Shown: one piece after another, positions 60,979 through 64,000 of the stretch
How the letters are laid out: each line of letters begins with the position of its first letter
Position numbering within the stretch: position 1 is the first letter of the stretch
Source: Bacteroidota bacterium
GTDB lineage: Bacteria; Bacteroidota; Bacteroidia; NS11-12g; UBA955
DNA length: 64,000 nucleotides
Assembly: GCA_947496065.1 (NCBI GenBank)
Contig: CANMBF010000001.1
Coordinates: 70,018 to 134,017 of the forward strand
Reading direction: 5' to 3'
Notes under the pieces: model-generated
Seen by the model: only the letters and a program-made list of their open reading frames with translations
Told to the model about the DNA's origin: nothing
Databases searched by the model: none
Translations under genes and position numbers: made by a program

Positions 60979-62034
60979 ATGAGAAATTCAAAAATGGTTC
61001 AGTATTATTTTCTTGGAAGGGGCGCCATTAGCAACCTACAAGATTTACTGAATAACAAAAAGGCAGGTGTAAAAGACGCATTTGTAGTCATGGTCATCGA
61101 CCATTATTTTGAGCATAAAAATATCCTCGACTTATCTTATTTAAGTAGTGAAGATTTAATTATCTATGCCCAAACAGATGATGAACCAAAGACCTCTTAT
61201 GTTGATCAATTGGTTGACCTAGCGCGCTCAAAAGGCCGTTTGCCGGTAGCAATTGTAGGAATAGGTGGCGGCAGTGCAATGGACATCTCGAAAGCTATTT
61301 CTGTTTTATTAACGAATGAAGGACCCTCTGAAAATTATCAAGGATGGGATTTGGTAAAAAATCCTGCCATTTATAAAATTGGAATTCCAACCATTGCCGG
61401 CACTGGCGCAGAATTTACAAGAACTGCCGTATTAACTGGTCCAACCAAAAAGTTGGGGATCAATTCTGACCAAAGTGTTTTTGATCAAATCATATTGGAT
61501 GCGAATTTATTAACCACCGTTCCAAAAGAGCAGTTTCTATACACGGCCATGGATTGTTATGTCCACAATGCAGAATCTTTGTTAGGAAGAATCAATGATT
61601 CTATGACCATTGCTTTAGCAGAAAAGTCAACTAAAATGATAGAAGACATTTTTCTAGGAGAAATGGATTTAGAAAAGCTATTGGTTGCTTCTGGTATGGG
61701 TGGATTAGCGGTGGCTAACTCTGCCGTCGGCATTTGTCATCCACTTTCTTATGGATTAAGTATTGAATTAGGTTTAAGACACGGTTATGCCATTTGTATT
61801 GCCTTTAACCAACTCGAAGAATATTATCCGCAAGTTAAAACATTCAAAGAAATTTTAAAGAAGTATGAAATAGAACTTCCAAAAATTATTACAGAAGCTA
61901 TAACGGATGAACAGCTTGATAGAATGGCTGAAGCCACTTTGAAAAATGAAAATCCTTTATCAAATGCTTTTGGTCCAGATTGGAAAACTATTTTCTCAAA
62001 AGAAAAAGTAATTGCACTATTAAAAAAAATGTAA
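60979..62034 (+). CDS. Group III iron-containing alcohol dehydrogenase-family protein (KdnB-like candidate)
   Basis: GIGGGSAMDISKA glycine-rich NAD/metal region, a later His cluster (CHPLSYGLS) and ~350 aa overall. Confidence 0.65.
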   Translation: MRNSKMVQYYFLGRGAISNLQDLLNNKKAGVKDAFVVMVIDHYFEHKNILDLSYLSSEDLIIYAQTDDEPKTSYVDQLVDLARSKGRLPVAIVGIGGGSAMDISKAISVLLTNEGPSENYQGWDLVKNPAIYKIGIPTIAGTGAEFTRTAVLTGPTKKLGINSDQSVFDQIILDANLLTTVPKEQFLYTAMDCYVHNAESLLGRINDSMTIALAEKSTKMIEDIFLGEMDLEKLLVASGMGGLAVANSAVGICHPLSYGLSIELGLRHGYAICIAFNQLEEYYPQVKTFKEILKKYEIELPKIITEAITDEQLDRMAEATLKNENPLSNAFGPDWKTIFSKEKVIALLKKM

Positions 62035-62038
62035 GCAT

Positions 62039-63205
62039 ATGCCAGGATATGAATTAATCGGAAAAGAAGAACAAGACCAGTTGATGGATATTTTTAACAC
62101 TAGCAATGGTGTTTTGTTTCCCCATGGTTTTGATGCCCTTAGAAACAACCGCTACAGGGTGCGTGAATTTGAAAAAAAATTCGCTGAGAAAACAGGTTCT
62201 AAATATGCACAAGCAGTCACTTCGGGCACTATAGCCCAAGTAGTAGCGATGCTAGCCATGGGTGTAAAACCAGGTGATGAGGTCATAACGCAAGCGTTCA
62301 CCTTTGTTGCAACCGTTGAAACCATTATTGCCATTGGCGCGATTCCTGTGATTGTTGATGTGGATGAAACCTATAACATGGATCCAATTGAACTTGAAAA
62401 GGCCATTACGCCTAAAACAAAATTAATTGTACCTGTGCACATGTTAGGCAATACTGCTGCGATGGATGAGATAATGGCCATTGCGCAAAAAAACAACATC
62501 GCGGTTTTGGAAGACAGTTGTGAAGCCCTAGGTGCGTCGTACAAAGGTCAGTTTGCTGGTACCGTTGGCCATGTAGGTGTTTACAGTCTCGATTTTGGTA
62601 AAACCATCACCACAGGTGAAGGTGGGATGATTGTAACCAATGACGAAAACATTTACAAGTTCTGTAAAGAATACCATGACCATGGTCATGAAAGCAATCC
62701 AGCGTTTCCAAGGGGTAGAGACACGAGAACCATGGCAGGGATGAATTACAGAATGAATGAGATGCAAGGTGCTGTTGGCATGGCCCAACTCGAAAAGTTA
62801 GAGACCATTGTGAATGCGAATAGAGCCAACAAAGCCTATTTAGTAAATAACATCCATTCAGAAAAAATTAAATACCGCGTTTTAACCGATGCAGATGGCG
62901 ATTTGAGTGATACACTTATTTTTAATTTTAAATTACAAGAGGAGGCCTTAAAATTCGTTGATTTGTACAAACAAGCAGGCTATGGCACCAAGAATATTCC
63001 GGATGCCATCGATTGGCATTTCGCTGGCACTTGGAACCACATGTTTAATGAAGTTCCTGCTTACAAGAATTCATGGAAAACGGAATGGCAAAAATCGGCT
63101 GATTTATTGTACCGTTCGGTTGCATTGCCTATCAATGTAAAGACCACACCTGAAGCCTTGGCGCAGCATGTAGATGCTATCAATAAAATTCTAGAACAGA
63201 TTTAA
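62039..63205 (+). CDS. DegT-family PLP aminotransferase (KdnA/PseC/LegC-like)
   Basis: SLDFGKTITTGEGG lysine region and the general DegT layout. It is translationally coupled to the downstream gene by a TAATG overlap. Confidence 0.85.
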   Translation: MPGYELIGKEEQDQLMDIFNTSNGVLFPHGFDALRNNRYRVREFEKKFAEKTGSKYAQAVTSGTIAQVVAMLAMGVKPGDEVITQAFTFVATVETIIAIGAIPVIVDVDETYNMDPIELEKAITPKTKLIVPVHMLGNTAAMDEIMAIAQKNNIAVLEDSCEALGASYKGQFAGTVGHVGVYSLDFGKTITTGEGGMIVTNDENIYKFCKEYHDHGHESNPAFPRGRDTRTMAGMNYRMNEMQGAVGMAQLEKLETIVNANRANKAYLVNNIHSEKIKYRVLTDADGDLSDTLIFNFKLQEEALKFVDLYKQAGYGTKNIPDAIDWHFAGTWNHMFNEVPAYKNSWKTEWQKSADLLYRSVALPINVKTTPEALAQHVDAINKILEQI

Positions 63206-63879
63206 TGGTAATTGCTGTCATCACTGCTAGGGCCAATTCAAAAGGTTTGCCAGGAAAAAACATGATGGATTTAGGTGGAATACCGCTTATCCAACATTCG
63301 ATGGCCATTGCTTGTGAATCGAAAGCATTTGATGCAGTTGTATTAAGTACAGATTTAATAGAAGCCATTGATTTGGCTAAACAGCAATATCCAGAAATAG
63401 AAATTCCTTTTGTTCGTCCCGACCATTTATGTGGCGATAAGACCACCCATGTTGAGGTTATTAATCACTTGCTGGACTACTATAAAAATGAAAATAGGGC
63501 TGTTGATCACCTTGTTTTATTACAACCTACTACACCATTTCGTTTGAAAGAAGAAATGTTGGAAGGGGTAAAATTATTAAAGCATGGCGCTGACTCCGTT
63601 TTAGGTGTTTCACCTGTAATGCACCATCCTGCAGATTATTTATTCAAAAATAAACAAGGGAAAATTGAATACCTAATGCCCGAATTCAAGGCAAGTCGCA
63701 GACAAGATTTCCCCGATATTTATTTTAACAATGGTGCTTTTTATGGATGCAGTACTGCGTTTTTCAAAGCCACCCAATCGTTTTTCGATGAAAACAGTGA
63801 ATTGTTAATCATGGGTGAAAATGCATTAATTGATATAGATACCGCATTTGATATGAAATTGGCCAGGGCACTGGTATAA
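63205..63879 (+). CDS. neuA: CMP-ulosonic acid synthetase (acylneuraminate cytidylyltransferase family)
   Basis: N-terminal AVITARANSKGLPGKN, matching the NeuA/KdsB family P-loop-like motif. Confidence 0.8.
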   Translation: MVIAVITARANSKGLPGKNMMDLGGIPLIQHSMAIACESKAFDAVVLSTDLIEAIDLAKQQYPEIEIPFVRPDHLCGDKTTHVEVINHLLDYYKNENRAVDHLVLLQPTTPFRLKEEMLEGVKLLKHGADSVLGVSPVMHHPADYLFKNKQGKIEYLMPEFKASRRQDFPDIYFNNGAFYGCSTAFFKATQSFFDENSELLIMGENALIDIDTAFDMKLARALV

Positions 63880-63883
63880 CTTT

Positions 63884-63896
63884 AAAAAAAAAAAAA
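63884..63896. repeat. A13 homopolymeric tract ending 1 nt upstream of the neuB-like start codon
   Basis: Directly visible: tttAAAAAAAAAAAAAtATG. Confidence 0.8.
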
Positions 63897-63897
63897 T

Positions 63898-64000
63898 ATG
63901 AAACCATTTTTTGAAATAAAAGGCAGAAAAATTGGGTATGACTTCGATCCATTGGTCATTGCCGAAATAGGAATAAACCATGAAGGCTCGCTTAAAACAG
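63898..64000 (+). CDS. neuB: NeuB-family ulosonic acid synthase, 3'-truncated at the window edge
   Basis: MKPFFEIKGRKIGYDFDPLVIAEIGINHEGSLKT matches the NeuB/PseI/LegI N-terminal IAEIGxNHxGS motif. Confidence 0.7.
   Translation, partial: MKPFFEIKGRKIGYDFDPLVIAEIGINHEGSLKT

Noticed and set aside
1-64000. Search for CRISPR arrays, tRNA/rRNA genes and riboswitch-like GC-rich structured intergenic regions
   Set aside because: No regularly spaced short direct repeats, no cloverleaf-like GC-rich 70-90 nt segments and no structured leaders were recognisable by eye. The intergenic regions are short and AT-rich except for the IS remnants.

Overview
This 64 kb window appears to be AT-rich Bacteroidota chromosome, with Flavobacteriia/Sphingobacteriia-like codon usage and T9SS C-terminal-domain cargo. 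Calls are made by eye from the ORF translations; no database was searched.

Coordinates 1-32,700 are mostly housekeeping genes: nadC, korAB, tsaB, asnS, rpoN, tadA, bshA, purEK, sod, trhO, rluB and a 3-hydroxyanthranilate dioxygenase.

Coordinates 32.7-41.2 kb form an accessory segment. It contains an ABC exporter, a Gfo/Idh/MocA oxidoreductase, a soluble GT2, and an MBOAT O-acyltransferase with a partner protein. This is followed by an IS graveyard in which a decayed IS3-family element sits nested inside a decayed IS982-family element. The segment is bracketed by a ~95 bp imperfect direct repeat.

From 41.2 kb to the window end there is a large polysaccharide locus. It is headed by a wHTH-nucleotidyltransferase regulator and an UpxY/NusG-like antiterminator, followed by Wzm/Wzt ABC export genes. 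It is unusually rich in ~500-aa polytopic (GT-C-like) membrane proteins and in amino-sugar enzymes: two DegT aminotransferases, NeuD-like and WecD-like acyltransferases, WbqC, an ArnC/GtrB-like GT2, and an AsnB-like amidotransferase. It ends in an Fe-alcohol-dehydrogenase plus aminotransferase pair fused to neuA/neuB-like ulosonic-acid genes.

No rRNA, tRNA or CRISPR could be recognised by eye.

The candidates for undescribed biology are:
- a Gly/Tyr/Asn low-complexity protein coupled to a FadL/PorV-like outer-membrane barrel at the window start;
- an Arn-like lipid-linked amino-sugar system with a paralogous GT-C-like membrane-protein family;
- a KdnB/KdnA-like oxidase/transaminase pair next to neuA/neuB;
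- homopolymer-tract frameshift or phase-variation sites;
- the repeat-bracketed MBOAT/IS island.
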